Below, one piece after another: positions 13,106-25,959 of a stretch of DNA of 64,000 nt. This DNA comes from Mobula hypostoma. Lineage: Eukaryota. Made by a program: the position numbers and the translations under genes. Within the stretch, counting starts at the first letter, position 1, and the number at the start of each line of letters is the position of its first letter. Below the pieces are notes generated by a model. That model searched no databases. It saw only the letters and a program-made list of their open reading frames with translations, and was not told the DNA's origin. The stretch lies in contig NW_026948115.1 in the NCBI RefSeq assembly GCF_963921235.1, forward strand, positions 248,001 to 312,000. The letters are read 5' to 3'.

Positions 13106-13665
13106 GAAATTCAGTTCCCAGCAGGATATTGATGAAGAAATCTATGGGAACAGAGTGTAATCCTGGGACTCTGGGTGATTAACAAGATATTCTCCGGGGA
13201 AAACTATGATTTATGCTTTGATCTTTGTGCTTGGGAATACTGATAATTTGCTGATTCACTGCAGGAGACGGGCTGTAATGTTGCTTTTCAAAGAAAGCTG
13301 AGTCATTTTAATGTGTCTGGGATGAAGTGAAGGAGCTTAGTGGGGAACATCTCTGACCCACAGCTCAGTCCTGGTCAGCATCTGGAGACTCACAGTTGGG
13401 TGATCAGATTTGCTCATTCAGTCAATTTGACTGTTGACCGAGAGTGGCTTCTGGCCCCTGTGGGATGGGAGGGGAGTGGATGGCAGGTCCTGGAGTTAAA
13501 GTGAGACTTAAACCATGGGCTGTGGGAATGATTACAGAGAGATCTGGAAACGTGATTTAATGCTGGTGTGGGGAGGGAGGGAGGGAGGGAAGGGTTCATT
13601 TGTGCTTCATTGTCCAGGCTTTTTAATACTGAATCCAAATAAAATCGATGTTTACTCCATCTCCC
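13106..13665 (+). other. Probable non-coding terminal (3' UTR) exon of the class I gene
   Basis: Polypyrimidine tract plus ctgcag| acceptor at 13104-13105; AATAAA at 13638-13643 followed by GT-rich sequence. The cleavage site is approximate. Confidence 0.65.
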
Positions 13666-14019
13666 TGTCTGGCAGTGTTTGTGGTGATGGGAACATTGGG
13701 ATTTGAAGGATGCAGCCACTAGGACTCTGGACAAAGTGGGAATGATGTGTATTACGGATTTAAGGAGAATCTGCATTTGTGGGAGGGTGTGGGAGAAGAC
13801 ATGAGGAGAGGTTTCTGTTGAAGCAACAGTGACCAGGGAGAGATCTGGCAAGGACCAGTAAAACGGGGTCTGGTACAGTGGTGACTATGTTTCCGAGATG
13901 CTCCCAGTTACCTTCTGTGAAGTTGGAAGCCAAGGTTTAATGTAATTGCACCATCATTCCGAATCAGGTCTAATATCAGTGACAATGTTGTGAAATTTGT
14001 TGTTTTGTGGCTCCATCCA

Positions 14020-14135
14020 GACCGTGCTCTGTTCCTGCTGCTGCCATCAGGAAGAAGGTACAGGAGCCTCAGGACTCTCACCACCAGGTTTAGTAACAGT
14101 TATCACCCCTCAACCATCAGGCTCTTTAACCAGGG
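14020..14135 (+). mobile_element. Rex1/Babar LINE 3' fragment
   Basis: Encodes LPSGRRYRSLRT.TTRF, the typical Rex1 RT C-terminus. Confidence 0.7.
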
Positions 14136-14506
14136 GCAATAAATAACAGGTTTTCATAAGACAGTAAGACTCAGGAACAGAATTAGGCCATTTGGCCCAT
14201 CAACTCTGCTCTGCCTTTAGATCATGGCTGATCCCTTTTTCTTTTCCTCAGCCTTCCCCCTAGCTTTCTCCCCATAACCTTTGATGCCGTGTCCAATCAA
14301 AAATCTGTCCAGCTCTGCCTTAAATACACCCAATGACCTGGTCTCCACAGCTGCCTGTGGTAATAAATTCCACAAATTCACCACCCTTTGGCTAAAGAAA
14401 TCTCTGTACCTCTGTTTTAATGGGCACCCCTCTAACCTGAGGCTGTGCCCTCTTGTCCTACACTCCCCCACCATGGGAAACATCCTTCCACACTACTCTG
14501 TCTAGG

Positions 14507-14783
14507 TTTTTCTTTTTTTTTGGCGTGGATCTATGCGTGTACGTGTCTGTGATGATGGATTTTTCATGATTTTTTTCCAAGGTGCAGAGCGAGAGAGAGA
14601 GAGACTGTGGAGCACCACTCCTCACAGATATTTTCACAGTATTTTCCCTTTGTTTTACACGGTCTCGACACTCCACCCAGCACGGATGGAAAGCGTGCTC
14701 GGGGGCGGACCTGACTAGTTTCGAACTCGGGAACCTCCACTCCCAGGTCCGGCACTGATGTCATTGTGTCACCAGCCGGCCCC
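14507..14783 (-). mobile_element. tRNA-derived SINE inserted in CR1
   Basis: Minus strand starts GGGGCCGGCTGGTGACACAATG (A-box-like), has GAGTTCGAAAC (B-box-like) and ends in an A-rich tail. The CR1 sequence resumes on both sides. Confidence 0.75.
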
Positions 14784-15775
14784 TATCGAGGCTTTTCAAC
14801 AAGATTTCAATCAGGTCCCCCCTCATCCTTCTAAATTGCAGAGTACAGACCCAGTGCTATCAAACGTTCCTCGTATGATAACCCTTTCATTGCCAGAATC
14901 ATCCTTGTGAATCTCCTCTGGACCCTCTCCAATGCCAGCACATATTTTCTTAGATGAGGAGCCCAGAACTATTCACAATACTCGAGGTGAGGCCTCACCA
15001 GTGCCTGAGAAAGCCCCAGCATCACGTCCCTTCTCTTGTATTCCAGACCTTTCGAAATGAATGCTAACATTGCATTTGCCTTCCTCACCACTGACTCAAC
15101 CTGCAAATTAACCTTCAGGGTGTTCTGCACAAGGACTCCTAATTCCCTTTGCATCTCAGATTTTTGGATTTTCTCCCCATCTAGAAAATAGTCTGCACAT
15201 TTATTTCCATTACCAAAGTGCATGACCATGCACTTTCCAACATTATATTTCATTTGCCACTCTCTTACCCATTCTTCTAATCTGACTAAGTCATTCTGCA
15301 GCCTACCTGTTTCCTCAACACTACCTGCCCCTCCACCAATCTTCATGTCATCTGCAAACTTGACAGCAAAGCCATCTATTCCATCATCTAAATCATTGAA
15401 ATACAGCATGAAGAGAAGTGGTTCCAACACTGACCGCTGTGGAACACCGCTAGTCACTGGCAGCCAACCAGACAATGATCCTTTTATTCCCACTCGCTGC
15501 CTCCTACCAATCAGCCAATGCTCTAACCATGCCAGTGACTTTCCTGTAATACCATAGGCTCTTCACTTGGTAAGAGCCTCATTTCTGGGACCTTGTCAAA
15601 GACCTTCTGAAAGTCCAAATAATACAACATCCACTACATCCCCATTTATCTATCCTACTTGTAATCTCCTCAACCAATTCCAATAGGTTCATCAGGCAAG
15701 ATGTTCCCTCAAGGAAACCATGCTGACTTTGTCCTATCTTGCCCTGTGTCCCCAAATATTCCATAACCTCATCCT

Positions 15776-15897
15776 TTTACTGGCATAATTTACATATTAC
15801 TATTTAACTATTTATGGTTCTATTACTATTTATTATTTAAGATGCAACTGTAACAAAAACCAATTTCTCCCAGGATCAATAAAGTATGACTACTATT
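15776..15897 (+). mobile_element. Short LINE 3'-tail insertion (AATAAA plus ACT-repeat tail) nested in CR1
   Basis: AT-rich block ending AATAAAGTATGACTACTA that interrupts contiguous CR1 sequence. Confidence 0.55.
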
Positions 15898-17739
15898 AAC
15901 AATTGACTCCAACATCTTACCAGCCACTGAGGTCAGGCTAACTGGTCTATAATTTGCTTTCTGCTGCCTCCCTCTTTAAAGAGTGGAGTGACGTTTGCAA
16001 TTTTCCAGTCCTCTGGCACTATGGCAGAGTTCAATTATTTTTGAAAGCTCATTACTAATGCCTCCACAATCTCTACCGCTACCTCTTTCAGAACCCTAGG
16101 GTGCAGTTTATTGGGTCTGGGTGACTTGTGTAGCTTTCAGCTTTTTTGAACACCTTCTCGCTTGTAATAGTAACTGCACTCGCTCCTCATCCCTCACACT
16201 CTTCAACATCTGGCACACTTCTAGTGTCTGCCACAGTGAAGACAGATGCAAAACGCTCATTTAGTTCATCTGCCATCTCCTTGTCCCCTGTTGTTATTTC
16301 TCCAGCCTCATTTTTTTACTAGCAGAGCCACGTCACCCCCTCTGCCTACCTTCCTATCCCTCCGATACAACGTGCAACCTCAGCCACACATTAATTTGTC
16401 AAATTTTCCTGTTTCTACCCTCACTGGTGCGTGGCACAGGCAGCAATCCAGAAACTACTACCCTGGAGATCCTGCTTCAGTTCTCTGCCAGCTCTCTAAA
16501 TTCTCTCTTCAGGGCTTCTCAGTTTTTCCTTCTAATGCCATTGGTACCGATATGTACCAAGACATCTGGCTGCACTCCCTCTCTTTCCAAAATATTGTAG
16601 ATGTGATCTGAGACGTCCCTGACCCTGGCACCAGGGAGGCAACATAACACATCCCGGTGTCCCGTTTACATCCACAGAATCTCCTGCCTGTCCCCTGACT
16701 ATTGAGTCCCCTATCACTACCGCTCCCCTCTTCTCCCTCTTTCCCATCTGCACCATGGACATATGCTCAGTGCTGGTAACCCAGTCTCCGTGGCATTCAC
16801 CTGGGGGGGTCACCCCCCACAACAGTATCCAAAACAGTATACTGATTATTGAGGGGAATGGCCACAGGGCTGCTCTGTGCTAACTGCCCATTCACATTTC
16901 CATTTATCCTGATGATCACCCAGCTACTCGCCTCCTGCATCTTCGGTGTGGCTACTTCCCTGTAACTCTGATCGATTATCTCCTCACTCTCCTGTACAAG
17001 CTGAAGGTCACCCAGCTGCTGCTCCAGATCCCTAACACGGTCTTCAAGGAGCTGCAGCCGGATGCTCTTCACACAGATGTAGTTCCCTGGGAGACTCTGG
17101 GTCTCCCTGGACTCCAGCATCCGGCATGAAGAATATATAACAGCCGTTTACTACACCAGGTACAGTAAGAGAAACCAAAAGGGAACTTTTAACAAAATCT
17201 AACCCGGAGCCAAAATCTCTTTAAAGCCGAAGCCTCATTTGAACCAAAGCTTGACACTCCTACTCTCACCACTGGCCTACTCCCAACAATGGTCGCCCCG
17301 CTTGTCCCTTCTGTACTTTTAAACAAGCGTCACTGACCTGTGAGAAATCTCGTCGCTGTGGCCTCTTCCTGCTGCTGATTGGGCTACTTGTTTAAGTTAC
17401 CTTTTAAAAAATATATTCACTGTAATTTACAGTGTTTATAATTGTGTTGCCATTGCAAAACAACAAATTTCACGGTAGTGATATTAAACTTGATTCTGAT
17501 ATTAATTTAGTATTTTCTCAGCCTGTGTTCCTTTGCACATTCGTTGTTAGTCTGTCTTGTTGATACAGTCTTTCATTGACTCTATTGTGTTTTTTAGATT
17601 CACTGTGAATCCCGGCAAGTAAATGAATCTCGGGGTTGTATTTGATAATACATTTATTTTGAACTTTTTTTGACTAGCACTGTGCAATACAGAAAAACAA
17701 TGATAAATTACGTTAAGAAATATTCCTCACTCATCTCAC

Positions 17740-18270
17740 AAGTTGTCCTATTTCTAATCATGGGGTTCCTTCACTCAGCCTGTTTCTGTTCCGTGTTATC
17801 AAAGCTTCTACAGTCCAGTGTTATTCTCCCTTCAATATTACTCTGATCCCCTGTTTCTGCTTCTGGAACAGTGTGTGTGTGTGTGGTGGGATTGACATGT
17901 GCCCGAGGGTCAGGTTTGTCACATTACCTGGCAGTCTTACACCACTCCTCCATGGATCCAACGTTATCCGTAGCTTCTCCTGTGGCTGTAACTGAATTGC
18001 CTTTCCTCCTGTATTTTCACCCCAGGTGGAATGTATAACTGGTGTGGGTTCTACATCTGTTCCATAAATGTTACCCCCTGTCTCTCTGCTCTCAGGCCTT
18101 GTAACCACGTCTTCCCACCTTTTATACACACCACACTCCTCACACCTTCACGATTTTCTTTGTTTACTTTGGGGCCAGAGTTTCTGATCAAAGTGTGCAA
18201 TATCCCGACTCTGCAGGACACTGACACGGTCTTTAAGCCTAGAAACAGACTCTCCAGACCACTATGTCTG
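17740..18270 (+). pseudogene. Candidate decayed TAP-family TMD fragment (5' piece of the TAP2-like pseudogene)
   Basis: Weak motif hits in the expected order across frames: SMDPTL..SPVA (~SxDTTL..SVA), KVCN..LQ (~KVYN..HQ), NRLSR (~NSLAR). Spacing is imperfect. Confidence 0.35.
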
Positions 18271-18296
18271 TCCTAATCATTAATGACCAATCCACA

Positions 18297-19085
18297 TTAT
18301 TCCCATTCACTGTCACCTGGTCCATAACCTTCTCTGTCTTGGTTATTCAAGTGCTTCTCAAGGTATTTCCTAAACATTGTGAGTCTGTCCCTCCACCATC
18401 CCCCAGGTAGTATGTTCCAGGTTCCAAACTCTCTACCCTCCGTGTGAACATTCTTCCTCAGATCCCCTCTAAACCTCTCCACCATTTCCTGAACCCCATC
18501 TCTCTAGTTTCAGACACATTTGCCATGGGCAGGTTTCAAATATGGACGACCCTGCATTTGCCTTCCTCATCACCATCTCTCCTTGCAAATTGACCTTTAC
18601 GGAAGCCTGCACGAGCACTTCCAAGTCCCTCTGCATTTCGGACTTTCGGCCGTGAGTGTGACACCCCATTCCTCACTGCCCTGTGTGTGAACCCTCCTCC
18701 CAAACTGCCCGTGTGTGACCTTTCCTCCCCCTGCCCTCAGCCGGTGTGTAATACTTCAGAACATAAGAAGGAGCAGGAGTCGGACATCTGGCCGTCAAGC
18801 CTGCTCCACCATTGAATAAGATCATGCCTGATCTGACCATGGACTCATCTCCACCAACCTGCCTTTTACCCAGAACCCTTAGTTCCCCTACTGTGCAAAA
18901 AATCTATCTGTCCTTGTCTTAAATATACTTACTGAGGTAGCCTCCACTGTTTCATCAGGCAGAGAATTCCACAGATTCACCACCCTCTGGAGAAAGCAGT
19001 GGTTGCATCTCCATCCTAAATCTCTCCCAAATCTTGAGTTTATCCCCTAGTTCTAGTCTCACTTATCAGTGGAAACAACTTTCCT
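18297..19085 (-). mobile_element. Two degenerate CR1 3' fragments
   Basis: Remnants of FRGDLRKN..F and the CR1 3' UTR at ~18300-18650 and ~18760-19085. Confidence 0.65.
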
Positions 19086-19099
19086 GCCTCTATACGTTC

Positions 19100-20736
19100 C
19101 ATACATGTTAGTAGGGAAGTGGTGTTAGGTAAATTGAAGGGATTGAAGGCAGATGAATCCCCAGGGCCAGATGGTCTGCATCCCAGAGTGCTTAAGGAAG
19201 TAGCTCAAGAAATAGTGGATGCATTAGTGATAATTTTTCAAAACTCGTTAGATTCTGGACTAGTTCCTGAGGATTGGAGGGTGGCTAATGTAACCCCACT
19301 TTTTAAAAAAGGAGGGAGAGAGAAACCGGGGAATTATAGGCCGGTTAGCCTAACGTCAGTGGTGGGGAAACTGCTGGAGTCAGTTATCAAAGATGTGATA
19401 ACAGCACATTTGGAAAGTGGTGAAATCATCGGACAAAGTCAGCATGGATTTGTGAAAGGAAAATCATGTCTGACAAATCTCATAGAACTTTTTGAGGATG
19501 TAACTAGTAGAGTGGATAGGGGAGAACCAGTGGATGTGGTATATTTGGATTTTCAAAAGGCTTTTGACAAGGTCCCACACAGGAGATTAGTGTGCAAACT
19601 TAAAGCACATGGTACTGGGGGTAAGGTATTGATGTGGATAGAGAATTGGTTGGCAGACAGGAAGCAAAGAGTGGGAATAAACGGGACCTTTTCAGAATGG
19701 CAGGCAGTGACTAGTGGGGTACCGCAAGGCTCAGTGCTGGGACCCCAGTTGTTTACAATATATATTAATGACTTGGATGAGGGAATTAAATGCAGCATCT
19801 CCAAGTTTGCGGATGACACGAAGCTGGGTGGCAGTGTTAGCTGTGAGGAGGATGCTAAGAGGATGCAGGGTGATTTGGATAGGTTAGATGAGTGGGCAAA
19901 TTCATGGCAGATGCAATTTAATGTGGATAAATGTGAGGTTATCCACTTTGGTGGCAAGAACAGGAAAACAGATTATTATCTGATGGTGGCCGATTAGGAA
20001 AAGGGGAGGTGCAACGAGACCCGGGTGTCATTGTACACCAGTCATTGAAAGTGGGCATGCAGGTACAGCAGGTGGTGAAAAAGGTGAATGGTATGCTGGC
20101 ATTTATAGCGAGAGGATTCGAGTACAGAAGCAGGGAGGTACTACTGCAGTTGTACAAGGCCTTGGTGAGACCACACCTGGAGTATTGTGTGCAGTTTTGG
20201 TCCCCTAATCTGAGGAACGACATCCTTGCCATAGAGGGAGTACAAAGAAGGTTCACCAGATTGATTCCTGGGATGGCGGGACTTTCATATGAAGAAAGAC
20301 TGGATGAACTGGGCTTGTACTCGTTGGAATTTAGAAGATTAAGGGGGAATCTTATTGAAACATATAAAATCCTAAAGGGATTGGACAGGCTAGATGCAGG
20401 AAGATTGTTCCCGATGTTGGGGAAGTCCGGAACGAGGGGTCACAGTTTAAGGATAAAGGGGAAACCTTTTAGGACGGAGATGAGGAAAAACTTCTTCACA
20501 CAGAGAGTGGTGAATCTGTGGAATTCTCTGCCACAGGAAACAGTTGAGGCCAGTTCATTGGCTATATTTAAGAGGGAGTTAGATACGGCCCTCGTGGCTA
20601 CAGGGGTCAGGGGGTATGGAGGAAAGGCTGGTACAGGGCTCTGAGTTGGATGATCAGCCATGATCATAATAAATGGCGGTGCAGGCTCGAAGGGCCGAAT
20701 GGCCTACTCCTGCACCTATTTTCTATGTTTCTATGT
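19100..20736 (+). mobile_element. 5'-truncated young CR1 (copy C), RT domain
   Basis: ORFs 19119-19997 and 20009-20644 (SPGPDG, NYRPVSLTS, QHGF, FQKAFDKV, GVPQGSVLGP, FADDT); TTCTATGT-type tail. Confidence 0.95.
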
Positions 20737-20883
20737 CTTTTTGAAAATGTCTTTGAAAGTCCACTGTTCCTCAACCGTCCCACTATATAGCCTGCATTCC
20801 CAGTCTGTACTGGCCAAATTCTCCCTCTTCATTGTTTAGGCACAATACACTGGTTTTCCATCGAATTATTGCACCCTCTATTT

Positions 20884-21955
20884 CAGTGGTCGCCATCGAC
20901 CGGTCGATCTTTGAGACTTTCCCAGTAGATCCCGAAAAAAATGAAAAATAAATAAATACACAAATGCTGTGGTAATGTGAGCATTATAAACATAAGTAAT
21001 ACTGATTAGTGGTAATTTAGCAATATTCGGGCTACTGAAAGCTGTCTGTAAGGAGAGATTGTTTCCGGGTCGCGGGGTTTTGGTTCTGTTCTTTCTGCCC
21101 AGTGCGCATGTGTATAGCTCCCCCGCCATGCACCGCGGTAGAAAAGACCGGAAGTAAAACCCCGCAACGCGGAAACAACCTCACTTTACAAACGGCTTTC
21201 CGTAGCCGCGTGGCGGGAGTATTGCTATATTACCATTATCCTAATTTGTATTAACTTATCTTTATAATGTTCACATTACAACACTTCTCCCCGTTCAAAT
21301 TCCAACACTCCCCAAATGTAAATAATTGGGAAACAAAAAACAGTGCTGTCATTATCCTGAAACTTACACTAGTGTCTCAGTAACAGTTTACCAACACAAA
21401 ACACCTGAAACACGTGGCAGATTCAACATTCAGTCTAACAAAGGAAACTCTCCAGTCAAATATTCAGTCTGTCAGGAGGTTTGCGAGGGCGCTGTGCTGC
21501 CACAGATGAAAATTATGAAATCTAAGTACAGGAGCTGTCTTACTGACAAACACCTCACAGACTGTCTCAGACTGGCTGTCTGTAGTTATCAGCCACATTT
21601 CAGGGAACTAGCAGAAAGTATTCAGCCCCAGTCATCACACTGAGTGCAACAGTCAATTTTTATTCATTTATTTTTCGTGTTGAAATAAAATTAAATAATG
21701 AAACATAGAATTAAAGGTGTTGTAATGTGAGCATTATAAAAATAAGTAATACTAATTAAGATAATGGTAATATAGCAGTACTCCCGCTACAGAAAGCTGT
21801 TTGTAACGAGATGTTGTTTCCAGGTTGCAGGGTTTTACTTCCGGTCTTTTCTGTCCGGTGCGCATGTGTGTGACTAAACGATTTAGTAGGTCGATCTTGC
21901 CTTTCACTAAGGCCGAGGTAGGGGATCTTGGGCTTAAAAAGGTTGGCGACCACTA
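20884..21955 (+). mobile_element. hAT (Charlie-like) DNA transposon deletion derivative
   Basis: TIRs CAGTGGTCGCCA.C / GTTGGCGACCACTA; 8-bp TSD CTCTATTT / CTCTATTG; transposase C-terminal remnant MKIMKSKYRSCLTDKHLTDCLRLAV. Confidence 0.88.
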
Positions 21956-21969
21956 CTCTATTGGTATGA

Positions 21970-22980
21970 GAAGCTGAGTCATACTGTGATCACTCTTTCT
22001 AGGAGGATTCCTAACTAAAAGATCCCTAATTTTACCTGCATCATCGCACAGGACCAGCCATAAGATAACACATTCCCTTGTGGGTTCAGTAACATGCTGT
22101 TGAAGAAAGCTATCACGGATGCATTCTATGAAACCTCTTCAAGACTGCCTCGACCAACTTGATTTACCCAATCTATGTGCAAGTTAAAGTCCCCCACGAT
22201 AACCGCTGTTCCCTTCTTATATGCTTCAGATATTTCTCTGTTTAATGCCTGTGGTACTGTAATGGCTGATAGACGACTCACACCAGATATTTTTCCCCAT
22301 TATCTCCACCCAGATGTATTCAATATTCTACTCCTTGGATCTTATATTGTTTCTCACTGTCGCCCTGATCGCATCTTTAATTCATGCACTACCCCACCTC
22401 CCTTACCTTCCTGCCTGTCGTTCCATATTACCAGGTATCCTTGGATATTTACTTCCCAATCACGTTTCTGTAATGGCCAATAAGTCATACCCCTTTGTAG
22501 TGATTTGTGCCACAGGTTCACTGACCTTATTTCGAATACTACGGGCATTCAGATGAATTGCCCTTACACTCATTGTGCTTTTAAAATCTTGTAAACTTTT
22601 TGTCTTTTGCATTTGACCTTTCTTTACTCCACTCTTACTTTTATCTTTTGCTCTTTATTTAACTTTATCCACACTTTGCTCTTTTTCTTTATCGATACTT
22701 CTCCAATCTGTTGGACTCCACCCCACCCCACTGTTTATTTTAAAGTCCTATCCACAGCCCTGGTTATGCGATTCGCTCGGATCCAGGTCCCATCACAGTT
22801 CAGGTGAAGCCTGTCCCATTGGTACAGCTCCCTCCTTCCCCAATACTGGTGCCAATTCCCCATGAATTTAAACCCACTTCTCCCATTCCAATCCTTGAGT
22901 AACACATTTAACTCTCTAACCTTCTTGACCCTACGCCAATCTGCACGTGGCTCGGGTAGTCATCCAGAGATTACCACCTT
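21970..22980 (-). mobile_element. CR1 fragment (end of ORF1 and APE endonuclease)
   Basis: Remnants of VAITE.W, GGGV and VMGDFN motifs on the minus strand. Confidence 0.75.
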
Positions 22981-23385
22981 TTGGTTCTGCTTTTTAATTA
23001 TGTTTCTGTGCTCCTACACCTCCCTGGGATTCCCATCCAGCAGGACGGGGGCACACAGGTGGTCCTCCCCTCCACCCCCCAGCTGGGGCTCCCACCAGGG
23101 TTGTCCCCTGTCTGCTCCTCACCTCAAAAAACACATTCTGCGAAACAGAAGAAATTGGGAGAATTAAACAGAACTTGCAGCGATGTGATAGACAGTAAGT
23201 GTGATGTGGGATGAAAGGGTACATCAGTCAGCCCTCACTCGGACACCTCTCCCCACTTCTCAAACTGCTCCAGTCTGAGACACAGAGAGGTTACTGGAGT
23301 TCAGTTCTGATACCACACTGCTCAGCCAGGAATACTGTACCAAGCTGCTGCGTCTTCAGTATTTGCATTCACCTCTGGCCACTAC

Positions 23386-23931
23386 TTTAGATTTTTTTAG
23401 ATTATGAGGACACTCAGTCCTCGTTTATTGTCATTTAGAAATGCATGCATTAAAAAATGATACAATGTTCCTCCAGAATGATATCACAGAAACACAGGAC
23501 AAACCAAGACTAAAACTGACAAAACCACATAATTATAACATATAGTTACAACAGTGCAAAGCAATACCGTAATTTGGTAAAGAGAAGACCATGGGCACGG
23601 TAAAAAACAAATCTCAAAGTCCCGATAGCCCCATCATCTCACGCAGACGGTAGAACGGAGAAACTCTCTCTTCCATGAACCTCCAAGCGCCGCCAACTTG
23701 CCGATGCAGCACCATTGGAAGCATCCGACCGCAGCGGAGTCTGAGTCCATCCGAAAACTTCGAGCCTCCAACCAGCCCTCCGACACCGAGCACCATTCTC
23801 CTCACAGCGCTTCGACCCTGCCCGGCCGCCAAGCAACAAGCAAAGCCGAGGACTCGGGGCCTTCCCCTCCGGAGATTCTGGATCACACAGTAACAGCGGC
23901 AGCAAAAGAGGCATTTCAGAAGTTTCTCCAG
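23386..23931 (-). mobile_element. Non-autonomous retroposon with AATCT/polyA tail, copy 1 (5'-truncated)
   Basis: Clearly homologous to 48632-49295; the minus strand ends AATAAACGAGGACTGAGTGTCCTCATAATCTAAAAAAA. Confidence 0.7.
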
Positions 23932-24599
23932 AGTTGAATGTCTTGTGCTGGAGGGCATACATTTGATGTGAAAGGGGGAATGCACATAGGAGATGTGTTG
24001 GGGGTGTGGTGTTCAAGGCATTTTTACACAGAGCGGTGAGATGCCTGTATTGAGCCACCATGGTTGATGGTGGAGGCGAATCTGATAGATGTGTTTAAGT
24101 TCACAGACAGACACATGGATGTGCCGGAATGGGGGAATGTGGACCAAGTTCCAGTGGAAGGGTTTGGGCATCATTAGTTTAATTGGTTCAACACACATTC
24201 ATGGCCAAAAGTGAGGCTGGGGTGGGAGTGGGGGTAGGGGACAGGCTCGAAGCCTTGAAGTGGGGGAAGGTCATGCTGAGGGCAGTGAGGTGAGGGGTCA
24301 AATTGTGAGTAGGGTGTGGTGGGGTCTCACGAGGTAGTGAAGGGTCAGTGGAGGGGTCACACACGAGGTAGTGAAGGGTCAGTGTTGGGGTCTCACAAGG
24401 GTTAGTGTTGGGGTCTCACACGGGATGTTCTGGGGTGTCACATTGGGTGTGAGGGTGGGTTGTCACAAACTGGGACACCATCAGCTCCAGTGGTGGAAGC
24501 ATGATGTACCCAGTGAAAGTAATGATCAAACACAAGCAGACACACAATTGTCACACAGCCTGGGATAGCAATGGAGTGTAATGGACTGGAATGTATTCA

Positions 24600-25350
24600 A
24601 GGATGGTGATGGATTGCCAAACCATCATAGAAAGTTCCAGAGTACCATAACCACAAGAGCAGTATTAGCAGACTGTCATCTATTAATTGGCTGTAATCAC
24701 AGAAGCCAATAGAAAGAATGGTGTCTGGACCGGAGAGTAATGTTATAATCAAAGTGTGTGATGGAATCTTACCCCATTACACACACAAAGAGCTGATTGT
24801 ATCATTGCTGACCCTACTGGATTAAAGAGTGTCCCAGTACTCCCCCACTCTTGTAACCCTGTTCCCATCACCCCATTCTGTCTGTGATGGATTCACCCCT
24901 CGATTACATTATCCTCATTTCCCCCATTTAGCCACAGCCCTCGTGCTTGCATTCAGCAGGATCTGCCCCCTTAGACCTACACATTTACACATTGTTTGCC
25001 TTCGTTTGGTCTCTGACAGTGACAGATCCTATCCCCGTTCCTGGATCTGGGTCTCCAGGGGTTTAAACTGTCCTGTTTAACAACAGCCGCCAGTCTGTCC
25101 TCTCAAACACTGCGTGGAGAAGCTGGCCCGGCTTCGGCAATCTCCCTGACTCTATCAAACCCCGCCCCACGTTCAGCTGGAATTCTCTTCTCACGACTCT
25201 GAAAAGCAGGTTCTGTGCGCTCTGAGGTTGGTTTAATCCAGAGGACAGAAACGCTTTTGATGGGGCTTTTAGCATCCTGTAGGAAGGTCGACCTTCCAAC
25301 TTCCAGATGACACGAGCAGCTCCACAACAATCAGAATCCACCTCCATAGG
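24600..25350 (+). pseudogene. Decayed TAP-family fragment: TMD end, A-loop, Walker A region
   Basis: GGATTGCCAAACCATCATAGAAAGTTC at 24611-24637 (~GLQTIRSF). One frame carries YQTPPHVQL at 25153-25179 (~YPTRPDVQV), an ALVG-like remnant, F*HPVG at 25267-25284 (~FYQPTG) and HLHR at 25339-25350 (~YLHR), at near-canonical spacing. Confidence 0.6.
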
Positions 25351-25959
25351 GATTTTTATCCCCAACGGTCTGATGGGGGGCCCTAACTCTGTTTGCATTG
25401 AATCCACCCAGTTGAAACAACAATTAACTCAGCAGTTATTTTACTAACTGGAAGGGAAGGCTGACTCCGTTCAAGAGCTTCGACAAAACAGAAAGCTTTA
25501 TTCACTCGTTTACACGCTAATGTTATCTACACGCACCAGTACAGAGAAAATATGCAATCTGTTAGTCTGCTTAATTAGTGTACATGGCATTCTTCCAGTA
25601 ACCGAACCACCTGCTTGTCTGCAGTTTGTCTCATAATCAATGTCCGAAGGCATAATATTGCAGGAGCGCCTTTGGCAACACACCATGACTCAAAGTTCAA
25701 GGTAGATTCGTTATCAAAGTACACATTTATCAGCTTCTTCCACCAGGCCATCAGACTGATTAACTCACGCTGATCTGAGTGTATTTCTACGTTACAGTGA
25801 CTGTTCTATTTATTATAAATTACTATGATTGCATATTGCACATGTTGACGGAGATGTAACGTAAAGATTTTTACTCCTCATGTAGGTGAAGTCAATTCAA
25901 ACATACAACCCAGAGATTCATTTTGTGGTGGGCGTATTCGATAAGTCTATTGAAAAATG

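Larger units (their letters stand above)
14155..17400 (-). mobile_element. Degenerate CR1 LINE with ORF1 (zinc finger/leucine zipper and GDSL esterase) and RT remnants; internal deletion of the endonuclease region
   Basis: ORF1 motifs CVKSIRLQLLEDRVRDLEQQL and VVIGDSIVRG; RT motifs VTSGVPQ and FADD; CR1-type 3' end near 14155. Confidence 0.85.

Noticed and set aside
17375-17382. Perfect CTGATTGG as a second Y box
   Set aside because: No X or S box at the required spacing; it lies at the CR1 5' end.
25063-25407. 114-aa minus-strand ORF considered as a viral env or Ig remnant
   Set aside because: No convincing motif; the plus strand of the same DNA is better explained as decayed TAP.
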